A stretch of 64,000 nt of DNA from NCBI GenBank assembly GCA_051362555.1, contig CM120640.1:43378788-43442787 (forward strand), in the 5' to 3' direction. Shown in pieces: positions 40,701 to 53,825 of this stretch (the stretch's first letter is position 1; each line of letters starts with the position of its first letter). The notes under the pieces were generated by a model that did no database searches, was not told where the DNA came from, and saw nothing but the letters and a program-made list of their open reading frames with translations. The position numbers and the translations under genes were made by a program. This DNA comes from Lingula anatina (taxonomy: Eukaryota > Animalia > Brachiopoda).

Positions 40701-43700
40701 GCTTTGATCACCATTCATTTGTTAATCAAATTATATTCATGAATCCCTAATATAGTAGCTCTAAACTGACACATCAGCATTCAGAGAGTATATACAATTA
40801 CATTTAGGTCTATGTGGAACAGGATGTGGGGTTACAAGATTTCAGTAATGATGTACTGATACATTGTGCCATGGTCTTGAATTATTGAATGCATAGTGTT
40901 TTTCCGTATTTTATGCTTACATCTTTATATAATTTTAAGCAAGATATTGTTGTATGTTTTGAAAAAGCATTGTCACTTCTTATTTTCTGTGAGGTAGGAA
41001 ATTTTGACTTATGCTGACAGGGTGATTTTTCATCATTTCCCTAGGCACCATAGCAGCAAGAGTTTTCTTTATATATTTCATGCTTATGGCTCTCTTGTGC
41101 CTCTCCAGCTGTATGTTTTCACTAATATAGACCATACCAGTCTGTGCATTAGGCTGGCACCCATCAGGAAAACTAATTCTGTGCACAGAATGTGCGTAGG
41201 ATATGATGTTTTGTGTTTTATATTGCATGACTTTACTTTGATTTGCAGGGCTGCGTTGCAGATAACAGAGGGCATAGCATTAGAAAGGGAGACTTTAGTG
41301 AAGCAATTAGATTTACTGAGGTAAGTGAATGAAAGCCTATATGTAGATATTGTAAAATATCCTTGTTGGAGAAATATGAATCTTCAAAAGCCAAGGGTTA
41401 ATGACCATGACGGTGTCTCATTGTATAACCCTTGGCCAAATATATACTGTAGTATTGTTCTCTTTATTATAGACATATTGCATTTGCAAGTGGATTTCAT
41501 TTTTTCTAAAATATGACCATATTAATTTTGAAGCAACCAGTCAGATGTGCATCTGCTAAAGGCATACAATTTGCAGTAGACCTTTATAGAAAATATAATT
41601 GATTTTCATGGAAATTTTAGCAATTTCCCCTTTTTCACCATTATAAACGCTATTGGATACTGTTGAGAAAGCTAAACCCTTTTCTAAATTTTTACCATTG
41701 TGGGTGAAATTTACCTATCTCTATCTTCATTAAAAGGGTAACTCAAAAATTTGAAAAAATATTAAAACTCCAAAATGGGATTTCTGTATTGGAATTTTTA
41801 AATGGTTTTGGATATGGATAACCTTGGTGGTGCAGGAAAGGTTGAAATTTCCAGGAAACTCTAAAGAGTATCACCAGAGGGTCTGGACCACTTGGCACTC
41901 ATGCTTATGGTGATCTCAGTCTCTGTCCCACTCGGTTACACAGGAGGTAGTAAAGCATCAATTTGAATAGACTTATCAAGGAAAGAATATCAGTGATGTA
42001 CAGGAACACTATGTATTATCAATGCTAAAGTGTTTTCCTGCTTGAGAGCCCCACTCCCCATAGGGGCTGTTTTGTGGTCTCTTAAAAAAATATTAGAGGC
42101 ACACACTCAGCCAATGTTTTATCTACATGAACAAGAAATTGCACTGCATGCAATGTTGCCTAATATGCACAGTTTGCTACCAGGCTTTCAAAGGATAAAG
42201 AAACCCAAGAAGTACGGAACCTAATTCCCAGAACTCTTATGTCATGTGTTTGTTTTCTGTGGGTAATGATGATCATAACAGCTGAATGGTTTTCATTTTA
42301 GAGACATGAACAAAAAGTTGAGAGATGACAAAGATGAAGCCGAGGCCAGAAGGGTAGGTATGATAGATAATTTTCTTCTTATGTAGTCACTATCCCACTT
42401 TTATTAGAATAATGAATACTGTGCACAGTAATTATACTCCACAGAAAGTTGTAGAGAGTTAAACACATTAAAAAACAATGCCTTTTAAATTTCAGTATTT
42501 ACTCTGAACTTAACATTTTTGGTGATTTAATTAGTTTCATTACTCTTTTTCCTCCAAAAAGGAGAGTAAGTAATGTTACATATAAATGTCTAAAATAGCT
42601 TTGTAAGCTACCTAAAAAAACCCTAAACTTTCTGACAGATATATGCTTCATAAACCTGACATGTATTTACATACAGATGCTGTTTGTGTCTGTGTATATT
42701 CAGCTGCCATCATCATTGGATACCTTCAGTCAACTTATAACTGCCAAATTCCTGTTTTAGTTTTTGATTAAATGGTCGTATATATCAAAATGGCTGTATA
42801 TATCAAAATCCACATCAAGGGTATAAATCAGATTATTATTTTTTTACAAGAGTAGTGATAATTTTTTAGGTACTTTGCATAAATTATTGTTCTTTTTCGC
42901 ATTATAATAGCCATTTTAAGTTTTTTTCTTGTTTAATGTCTGTATCTGTGTCAGCTTTGCTGTCTAGTATACTAACTAATGTATCAGTAAATTAACCCAA
43001 GTGGCTCTGGGTTCCAGTGACTAACATTTGAGATTTGATTGCCTATTTGTGATTTTCTGGAAATGTTTGGTTTGTTGGGGTGTATTGAATATGAATTTAT
43101 AAATACCTCTGTAAAACAATAATACCATAAATCCAGTGTCATATTTGATAAGATATTTGCTTGAAATTTGTATGTTTTGCTGTGAATTTGAACATTTTGT
43201 CCCCTTCTTTGTGCTACACTCAGGCTGCACAAGATCCAAGTACTCTACACCAAGAACTGTCGGAGGTAGTAGACATTTGCATGGCCTTGCCTTTTATTAT
43301 TACTTATTATTTTACTGTTTGGATTACTACCTGTCACCTGTTTGATGTGTATTGCAGTTTAGTGTTGTTTGATCATGCATGTTTTATTTTCCTCTTTATC
43401 TGGTTCTGATTGGTTCTGGTTTTGCTTCTTTTCTGTCAGTACTGCTAGAAAATTTTCAAAATATTTGATACTGTGAAAAATTGATCATAGAATTGTTGTT
43501 TTGATTTAGATTGTATATAATCTCTTATGAAAACTGTACAAGAAAATTGCCAGTCTAACAAAACATTAGTTATAAACAAGATATCGTTGTTCTATATGTG
43601 TGTGTGTGTGTGTCCTCATAATCTGTTTTCTGACCAGAACATTGGCAATTTAAGAAAATGTTTTATTCTGATAATTCTTCTGGTAAATGGCCTGTAAGCT

Positions 43701-46700
43701 AGGGCTCACCAATAAAGGATTTCCTGCCGCAGCTGTTTTCCTGATATGCAAAACATTTTGAAAATGGTTTTCCAGTTAAACCAATAAAGTTGAAACCAAT
43801 ACACTGAACATTGCTATAAACATCTTTTTCTTTTTCTTGTTTTTTTCATGTTATGGGTCTTTTTTTCTGTTAAAATTCACTGATAATTATGAAAAAAATA
43901 TCCATAAAAGAATCCAAATTTAATGTATTGTTGCACACAGTGCTCTTTACCAATCATTACAGTAATGTTGGTTGTGGTAACTGTATGCATGCAATAATCA
44001 CTTAAATGTATTATCCTCTTTTAGTTTCCCAGTATTGGTGCATGTTCTTCACTGCTGGAATTAACAGATGCCTGTAGTTGTAATATCTGTAGGTGATGGA
44101 CTTGTCCAAATGGTGTAGGACATGTATATTGACTGTCTGAAATATGGATAATAACATGATTACCCACTGCATTACATTTGAAGATTGTCTAATTTAATAT
44201 ATGGATGAACTTCAGATGAAATACGTATTGTAAAATTTGAAATACAATTTAATATGGTGATGACTTAATTTTTTCAATGTGGAAAATTGTGAATTTTACG
44301 GATACTGTATTTTTTTTCATAAATTCATAAAATTATAACATTCCTATTGTGCTGTAAAAGCACCATGATTGCTAGATCTAAGTATAATTTTTTTGTTTAT
44401 AAAATTATGTATGTAAAAGATTGATAATTTTGGCCCATTGAAAAGTCATTACCATAGATGCTTATCATTCTTTGTGAGGCAGCCAATGTACACCTTATTA
44501 CACTTATAGCTTTAACATATAGTTTAGTTTATTGCTTGGTGGTTTATAATAGCTTTTCCTGTATGTTTCACTAATTGTAGTATTAATTGCAGATAGATTG
44601 CATACTAAAATTTATTTACGAACTTAACATAATAACTTTGTTTTGAATAAAGTTGCACTGTTGGGAGATTTAAAGGATTTCACAAAAGATCCCATGTAAC
44701 TTTGAAAGGGAATAAAATTTATATATAAGTTTGTTATTTTTGTTTGTTTGTAAAGTGCTATAGTTTCGTTGTTGTTTGTGCTTTATGTTAACTATCCTAT
44801 ACCTTTTTGTTGGGTGGGTTACTCTGAGAAATAAACCTGCTGCAGTGCAAAGACTTGTGCTTACACGAAAAACTGTAAATAATAATGATTATTATAAGGA
44901 AAACATGATCATAAGTGCAGCTGTCTCTGGATCTTTAAAAGACAAATGCCAAATTGTTTATTTGTTAAATTTTGGATCTGTTGTGTATTAAGAATAAAAT
45001 GGTATGACACTCATTGTTTTAATATTGCTTTATACTCTTGCATGCTGCCTGTGTTGTACTGTGTTGTACACACAAGACAGACTCTTGAAATGTCATGTAA
45101 GTCATTAAGTCTGCATTGTGGCTAGTTCTTCTCTGCACTGTATGATAGTGATTTTTGAAAAGTGTTATTGATCAAGATAAAGAGTAAAATTCAGTTTCTG
45201 TGCATTCCAGGCAGAGGCAGAAGGGGTACTTTTCAAAACAGCAAAGAAAAAGAAAATCACTAAACAAGGATCTATAATGTCAAACTATTTTCAGTCTGAT
45301 AAAAGGTAATGATATGTGTTGTAAATGCAAAGTTACAACATCAATCATGAAAAAGCCATTTTATTGCTATTTAGGCTGTAGTAGTTTTGTGCTTTGTTAT
45401 CCAGGCTCTCCAGAGTTGCCATTTGACCTGGTTTGTTGCCATCTGCATTTTGATTATTGATTTGGTACAGTTTCTGTTTACAGCAGTGTCTGTTGTACTT
45501 TAAGTAGTTTTGTTCAAGAATATACATTCTCCTTTTTTGTAATGGTGATATTTTCATATGATCACAGGTTAAATGAGGGTAAGGTGGAAGAAGAAGGTTA
45601 TGAAGAGGAGGATGAAGAAGCAGAGGGTGATAATTTCATGGGAGAAGAAGAGGAAGAAGTTACAAGTGGCTATCATAGTAATCATCACAAACATCATTAT
45701 CATCAGCATGATCCATCTCATCATCATGTGAACAGTATTCAGAACCAAGCAAATTTACATTCAGCTCTCTTACAAGAAAAATCAGACTTCGAGGCAGATG
45801 CAGAAATTTCCAGATACTCACAAAATGAACCAAATGGATTTGAAAATCTCAGATCGGAAGATTACGAGGTTGATGAAGTGAACAATGTTGTTAAAAATGG
45901 AATTTTGAAAGAAGAGTCTGAGTTGAATTTAAAAAACAATGGCACAGTAGGTCAAGAAAAATCTCCATATATAGCAGATCTTACTAGCAGTGAAAATGAG
46001 GGGAAGAAGAAGATGAAGAAAGACAGGTATGATTTTTGGTCTGTTCAAAAGTTTTTTGTTTTTGATAATAATGATTCCATTATTTATTTATTTTTTTTTT
46101 ATTAATTGATTTTTGAATGATGTTCATGATACTTTTGGCATAAAATAAAACTGAAGAAAATTGGAGTCATAATTTTCATTCATGTATCTTCTTCATGAAA
46201 ATTTATCGACTCCATCTATACATGTAGTTAAGAGCTGAAAAAAACTTTTTAAGAAGAGAAACCTTTTGCAACTTAACAGAAAAGTTATATCCATTTATAA
46301 CTGATAACCACGAAAAAGTCTTGGTTATGTCATTCTTTAGGACTGAATGGTATTGTACATACGTACTACTTGAAATAGAGGAGATATAAAAAATTGAATA
46401 GGAGTAGCCAAGTTATGTCCATGATGTTCACAAAATATAAACACACTTCTGATAATGTTTCTTTTAGAAAGAGTAGGACATATCGCAGTCATCTCCAGCA
46501 GATAGTAGACCAACATTCCAGTGACTCCAGTGATAGGGATAAACCTATAGAGACAACAAGTAGGCGAACCAGAAAGTATAAAAGGTAAGAAATTATACAT
46601 ATTTTTTTGCTATATTATGAAAGGTTTGAGTAAGTTGATGATTACATGTGAACCTTACCTTTATATTTTATTCATTAAACATCTGCTTTTGCTGTACAAC

Positions 46701-49700
46701 CTACATGTAGTTGAGTTCTAAAAACCTAGCCAGTGCTTGTAAAGTAGTTATTTTAAGTATTATTTTACTTTAAGAGTAAAACTGCATGTTCTTGTCACTA
46801 AAGAGTGTATTCCAAGGCTACAGGTGTGGGTATGTGTATGCGGGGTATCCCACTAACTTCCTCATCCAACTTCAATGAAATTTTCAAGGAAATGAATGTT
46901 TTGGTTTATACTAAGATTACAAAACAGCAGATCATTATAATTAAGCTTTAGGGTACTGGTGTGACAGTTACTTATTTTTATTATGAATAAAATGCATCAT
47001 TATGAGCGTCTGGATATGCACAGGCTGGTTTTCTCTTAGGCTTATAATAATAGTAATATGTTTTCCTGTCAGTCATTCATTAGAATGTAGCTACACTGTA
47101 TCTTTTGAAGAAAAACTGACAACTTTTAAAATTTAGAAAATGGAAAATGTTTTTCAAGGAACTTTTGTATACTATTTGTTGCGCTAATTTAATCATTCTC
47201 ATTTTATGAATTTGTATGTATTATATCAAAAAGTGGGCATCATTGAATTGTATTGTCCGAACACAATTTTGTTGCAGGTCATAGTCTGTATATATGTCAG
47301 CATTAGCTGCTTCTTTACTAGTTACATTTTGAAACAAAGAATGTTTCCATTTGTAAAAAAAAGTGCAAACACATATCATGATTTCCTTATCAGACATGTA
47401 TTTCTAATAATGCTTGTTTTCTTTGTTTTCCCTCCCCCCACCCAGCAGTTCACTGTCAGGCAGTGATATAGAGGAGGTCAATGAGAACATTGACAACATG
47501 ATTGCCTCTGGAATTGAGGAGATTAATCTCACAAGGTGGTTATGTCGTGGTTGAGGGTTGAAGTAACACTCTGAATTCTTTTACCCTAGTGTCAGAGTAC
47601 TTGCAGAAATACTTCAAAGCACATGATAGTGGTTCTGTACAAAGTTTATCTGTGGTATCCACTGAATAGGGGTATGGCAAATGTTAGTATGTACTCTGGC
47701 ACTCTGGGTCAGCTTTTTGATCGTCTAGCAAAATTATCCTGTCATCAATTTGACAGAAAGACATGCCTTTATAATAAAATAATAAAGATAATTAAATGAT
47801 TTTTCTTTAACTTATGTGCCTCTGATTGCTCTTGATCAGTGGCTATATATCACATTCAGGTTTATCAACTTGAAACTAATCATAATATCAGATGAACATA
47901 TTAATATCACGCAGAGACTGATTTGCAACACCATATTGACAATTCAAATTATATGACACCAAAAATGAAATAACAACAGCACATTAAATTAATTATATTG
48001 AACTTATTGTAGTTTAAGTTGATTAACAGTGTGTTACTGTACATTCACATTAGTGTGAAGTATTGTGAACAAAATGAGATAATATTTTATAGTGCTTACA
48101 TATGATACAATTAGCAATCATGTTTAGTAAATGTAGTTTGAAAGTTAGGGTCCTCTACAATTATTAAATCATATTTTTTCATATTATTGCAAGTTAGCCT
48201 GATTAACAGTATGTGCACTCACATCAATAATTCTAAAATAAAAAGAATTTTATTCAGGTTGCTTAATTTCATATGTGTAACTATATAAAGTTATATGTCT
48301 TCAGACAGGAGTGCAAAAAGCCTTCAAATTTTAGAACAATACATTCAGCTGATATTGTACTAACTAAAAAGAAATGTTGGTGGAGGTAAATTTCATCTCT
48401 CCTAATCTAACACTAACCCACATTGTAGTTCTAGAACTATGCAACGCTCTTATGCCAACATGACATTGGTCAGTGAAAAGAATCCAGAAATTCAGGATGC
48501 TAGAAGGAAATTTAGCTGGGGCATCATTGTGAAAAAGGCTCTGGAGACAGCCAATAGCCTAAAATCTGTAGATGAGGAAACTGTCGATGAGGCCCCTACA
48601 ATGTAATAATGTAGATTTGATCATTTTCAGAGTCTACTTAAGGTGATGGTCTTGGATTTCATGCCATTATTATTGGGTTATTTTGCCTTTCCATCCATTT
48701 GCATGGGAACCATTCACTTTGGCAAGGACCCACTCATGTTAGTTATTCTCAATACTTACTAAGTTGACAATGTACTGATTTGGTATCAGTTTGGTTGACA
48801 GGTGTTTGGGCTAACTTACATGAAATAATGCTTGCTTGGAATGCTGACCTACGTAGTATCTGGGACTTCCCCCGGTGGCTTTCTGCTTTCAAAGCTATTT
48901 GCAGAGCTAAATGAAAGTCATTCTAACCATTCAATGTGTCATATATATTATAATAAGATTTATTCTTTATGTACCCATTTAACAAACTTACATAAAAATT
49001 GGCATCTTTAATGTTTTTTCTTCATGGCAAGGAAGGTAAGAATTAATTGATATTCTTTGCTTTATTTTATGAGTCAAATAGTCAGGTTGTAAAAGTTGAA
49101 TCAGATTACATGATAAAACTGGTTGGGTTTCATTTCACTTTATGTTGTTCTTCTATTTGTAGAAATGGAGGAAGTGGTTCCTCTGAGAAGAATGGTAAGC
49201 AAAGTTTAAGGCGCTCTCCTGTCTCTGGTCATGGCCCCCTTGCTCTCAGATCTCAGCCCATTGGAGCAAGTGATGTCAGAGAAATGGGGGTTGGCGAGCA
49301 GGTAAGGACTAGGGGAATTGAAAGATGGGGATAGAAATTGTAGAAGTTTACTGTATAAGTTACAGTAAGAGTTTTTGTAGTGTAATAACAAGAGACCATC
49401 TAAAGAAATTAAAGGCTTTAGACAAAACACACTTCAAAAAGGAATAGGGCATTTGGATGTGAGAAAATATTAATGAGAAAAAAAAAGGTCAGCTGTTGAA
49501 ATGATTGGATTGAAAGTGATTTTGGTTGGAATTTTAATGCATTATAGTCTCACACAAAGTAGACATTTTCTGAACATCCCAAAGAAAAAAGTTCAGAAAT
49601 ATTTCATTGCTTAAAGAAATTCTTCTTTGTGATGTTTTTGAATGTACTTCATTTTTCTTTTATAGGACCCTGGGCTTCCTTCCACCCCAGAACGACTGTT

Positions 49701-51776
49701 TAAGGTCATATTTGTTGGGGACTCTGGTGTTGGTAAAAGTAGCTTTATCCACAGGTTTTGTACCAATCAGTTCAGGCCTTCCTTTAGTGCAACTATAGGT
49801 AAGATTACTTCACTTTGTTGCATCTTATGTATGTCAAAATTCAATCTGGAAGGTTACATTTTACATGTTAAAATACATAGAGGATAAAGTATTATAATTT
49901 CACATCATAAATAATAATCATTATAATTTAAGTAAAAAAAACTTACATTCAAGAGCTTTTTGGTACTTGGAATGTAATTAGAGTCACAGCAGACTGTATG
50001 GATGAGAGAAAAACTGATGACCAGTCCCTGTAATATTTAAGGAGAGATTGAAGACAAATAAGCAGTGCTAAAAAATCAATTTTTCTTTCAGGAGTGGATT
50101 TCCAGGTGCAGACTATGCTGGTGGACAGTCAAGTCATTGCTCTGCAGCTCTGGGACACAGCAGGACAGGAAAGGTAAATAATATATGACCTTGAGATTGA
50201 TGAGTCTGTGTTTGCAGGCATTTTTATTGAACCTAGCTGTGCACTTATTATGTCTTTTGTGCCTTCTCTGCATTTTAGTTATTGAAGTGCAGAGGTGCAA
50301 TATGAAGGTCCTCCAGATTTTTCTTTTCTGTTATTTTCTATGATATTTTTCTATTTTATAATGTCCCTTAAGTGTCTGAAAATACCAAAAGGTTTTTTAC
50401 TGAGTGGCAAGGAAAGCTTTCTTTTTTATGCTCAATTCAATTAACATTTTAATGTCATATATCACATTTGATCATGATTTTCCAGGTTCCGTAGTATTAC
50501 CAAACAGTACTTCCGTAAAGCTGATGGGGTGCTGATTATGTATGATGTCACCTCAGAAAGTTCCTTTAAAAGTGTTAGAAACTGGATTGCCAGTGTACAG
50601 GTACATGCAACTCTTAAAACTGATTCTTTATCTCGATACGCGTATATAATTTTTGATGGCCAGTGATCCATGGATTGGTATTTTGTCATTTTGTTTTTTC
50701 AGACAACTGAATTTTGTAAGTTCAAATTGTCACATGTTTATATCTCATATGTTCTGCTACAATATACAAAGTACAATATTAGTTTATCAAATTGTAGTAG
50801 GAAATGTTATGGATGTTGATTTATTTAATATATACAGGAGGGAACAGATGATGGCACAGTGCTGATGCTGGTTGGTAACAAAGTGGACCTGATTGAGTGT
50901 AATTACCGCAGAGTGATCAAAACTAAGGATGGGGAACACCTGGCAGATGTAAGGGTTCCTTTTATGGAGATTTTATTTATCCTTAACCACTGTATGTAGA
51001 GTGGATTGCTATAAGTGTTTTTTTTAAACCAGTTTAAAGTTGTTGTCATCTTTTTCCAACATTAAAGGGATGTTATATCATCTCTAAAACTTGGTTCACT
51101 GCAAATCCAATATTTTTTTTTAATTGGCACTTAATAAAATTACTTTAAAAAATGAACCATTTACTAAAAAAATGAACCACTTACAATTCTGTTTTAAAAT
51201 GTTAAAGCATAAATTATTAAAAACATCTTTTATTCACAATATTTTCCTTAACATATTTTCCAGGAAAATGGTGCATTATTTTATGAGGCCAGTGCTAAGT
51301 CAGGAATAAATGTTAAGGAATCACTTCAAGCAATGGCAGCGTAAGTTGCTATTTTTCTCTTTAAAATGTGCCATATTTATCATTACCTAGTTAAATAATT
51401 CCACATCTTCGAAGTGTCATTGTCCGTCATTAGTGTCAGATAAATTTCACCTGATGATTATTTCAACCATAAGACTACATGTGCCATATCATTACATTTG
51501 TTGTACCAACTTTTTCCTTTGCTACTTTGAAAGAATCAGGATTGTCTGTCAAATGTACCTTTGAAAAAAATATGAAATTAAAATAAAATTTTTAATACTA
51601 AAGTAATTGTGAGCTTTGAAATGGAGTATTTGTTCTTAAAACAGGTTTTGAACATTAATTTATAATATAACACAATTTGTTATATTTTTGATAGTGTGCT
51701 AAAAGATAAGGAAGACAAAGCCATTGAGAAATCCCTTCACTTAGAGGAGGCAAAGAAAAAGAAGATGTGCTGCTAA
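28959..51776 (+). CDS. CRACR2A: EF-hand / coiled-coil / Rab GTPase large Rab, CRACR2A (EFCAB4B, Rab46)-like, ~853-867 aa
   Basis: Exons: 28959-29226, 32643-32790, 33186-33332, 34847-34937, 37009-37104, 37486-37557, 38122-38237, 41249-41320, 42302-42353, [43224-43265 optional], 45211-45305, 45568-46026, 46468-46584, 47446-47535, 49163-49301, 49666-49798, 50092-50173, 50486-50600, 50838-50948, 51264-51340, 51695-51776 (TAA); 2604 nt in frame. EF-hands [17 protein letters not shown]...[14 protein letters not shown] resemble CRACR2A; coiled coil [14 protein letters not shown]; Rab motifs [25 protein letters not shown]; C-terminal KKKKMCC prenylation signal. Confidence 0.92.
38417..38592. mobile_element. 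176-bp MITE with 13-bp TIRs and 5-bp TSD (hAT5-like)
   Basis: TIR CAGGCCCGTAGCC / GGCTATGGGCCTG (1 mismatch); CACAA on both flanks (38412-38416, 38593-38597); internal GTGGACCTTTTCCCA twice and a poly-C tract. Confidence 0.75.
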
Positions 51777-53825
51777 CAAAGAAAAAGAAACTGTAAACAG
51801 GCAGATAACATTGGATTTCATCTAGAATCAGGAAAATTATTGCGATGTAAGCTTAAAGTGTTTTTAAAGGAGATGTATTTCTTCACATGATACTTCAGGA
51901 TGTGTTTGTTAGGAAGTAGCTCATAATGACCAAAATTAATTTAAGAAATGGAAATAGCTGTACGCCATTAGCAGTGCAAGGGAAAAGTACCAAAACATTT
52001 TTACATAAAATGTTTTACTTTTTCAAATAAGCATGACAGGGAATTCTACTAAGAAAACTGAACAATTTATGGAGAGTATCAGACCTAAGCTTACAGACTT
52101 ATGTTGATTGGGAAATAAGTCTAGTGATATAATATGACTGACATAGATTTGTAGGAAGTACAAGATTGTATATTGAAAAATGTAATTTTTAGTGGAGGGC
52201 ACTTTATTTAACATGGGGGAAAAACACCTCTGAGTGCAGCATTTAAATCATTTCTATTTTGAAAAGCTCAGTTAATGCAAATCTCTGATTAAAATTAGGT
52301 ATTTTAAAAATTCATTAAGAGAACCTATAGATTGTTTCTATTTTATTCTAACTTGGATCTCTATGTACATTTAAGAAGAGGAGTATGTGCAATATGTTTC
52401 TCATACCATTGATATATTTTATTCATTCTTACATTTATATCATCTAAGCATTTTTTTCATTTTTCTCGCATGTAAATTGTTAATGTACCTTACTTCTTCA
52501 AAACTGGTTGTGTAAAAGTTCCACAATTGTCTTGACATTTTAGGTATTGTGGTGAATCTCTATTTACACCAGTCTAATTTAATTCTTGTATCTCTTTTGT
52601 GGTAGGTTTTTTGACCATATGAATGTTCCTGGTCCTGGTATAAGCCTGTGGAGACAAATACCAACTACATGTTATGTTTTTGGTGCTTTATGAAAGTTTT
52701 GTTCTAAAAGAAGTCCATTAAAATGATGACATTATAAAAACAGTCAAAGGTTGAAATTATCCTTTAATTGGCTGGAAGTTGACAGTATTAGTGATTGTAT
52801 AAAAGTTTGGTACTGAAATAAATTCTGTAAAAAGAATTAGATAAAAATTAAGAGATGGGATTTTTAAAGCAAAAATGCAGTTCCATTTTTGGTCTTCCAT
52901 ATTCCAATATGTTCAAATTTTTACCAATGTTTTTCAGTTTTTATGGGAATTATTAAAGTATTTTACACGACAGTGGTGCACTTTGGTAGTAAATCTACTT
53001 CATTTTATATTTAATATGAAAAACATTGTACAACTTGCACTGTCAAAGTTTGATAGTATGTAGAAAGTTTGTACTTAGCATGGATTGCATAAAAACTTTA
53101 TTTGTTCATTACCAGATTTTATGGTGCACTGGAAGTCATTACAATATGACATAATGGATTTATGCCACAGAATGTTTTTACTGGTTTCTGGTTTGCAATT
53201 AATGGTCAAATTGGAATAACTGGTTTTTGCTTGACATGCTGTATAGTATAAAGAGTCTCATAAATAGCCTAACAACTGCCCCTTGTTTCATATTTTGTAT
53301 TTATTTGGGATCTCACATGTTGATGGCTACCTGGAGTCACATCTCAAGTCTTGTCATTTTAAAAAAATATTTTTAATATTAGTTATGGCCTTGGCAAAGA
53401 ATTATGAAAATTAATATAAAATCATTTAATCAACATTTAATTTTAATTGGTTATATAAGTATCAGCTCTAAAGTAGTGATATCTATGTATAAACATCTTG
53501 AATAATAGTGTAAGGGTTAAATATATCAAAACCATTGCAAAATTTTCTTTAAACCAAGAACCAATCCTTTATCAAACATTCACTGGTAAAGTACACTTAC
53601 AAAAAGTACACAGTTACTGTTGTGGACATTGTAAACTCTGGAGAATACACAGGAATAAAAAAAGGAGAAAGAATTGTAATAAAATGCTTTTTGCTCATTC
53701 TTAAAAAATAATTCCTCAATTTGTATTATTTCTTAATTGAATAATGTTTCAGTTTCTAGATAAAACATCTAGATTCTACTTATTTTTATAATTTGTAAAA
53801 TCTTGAAATACTTCATGTTTCAAAG

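Noticed and set aside
43638-43682. 45-nt in-frame exon candidate ([15 protein letters not shown])
   Set aside because: Weak splice signals and intron-like composition; could be chance.
28959-51776. Assignment as RASEF/Rab45 or RAB44
   Set aside because: The EF-hand ([17 protein letters not shown]), coiled-coil and pre-Rab ([15 protein letters not shown]) segments resemble CRACR2A more; a phylogeny would settle it.
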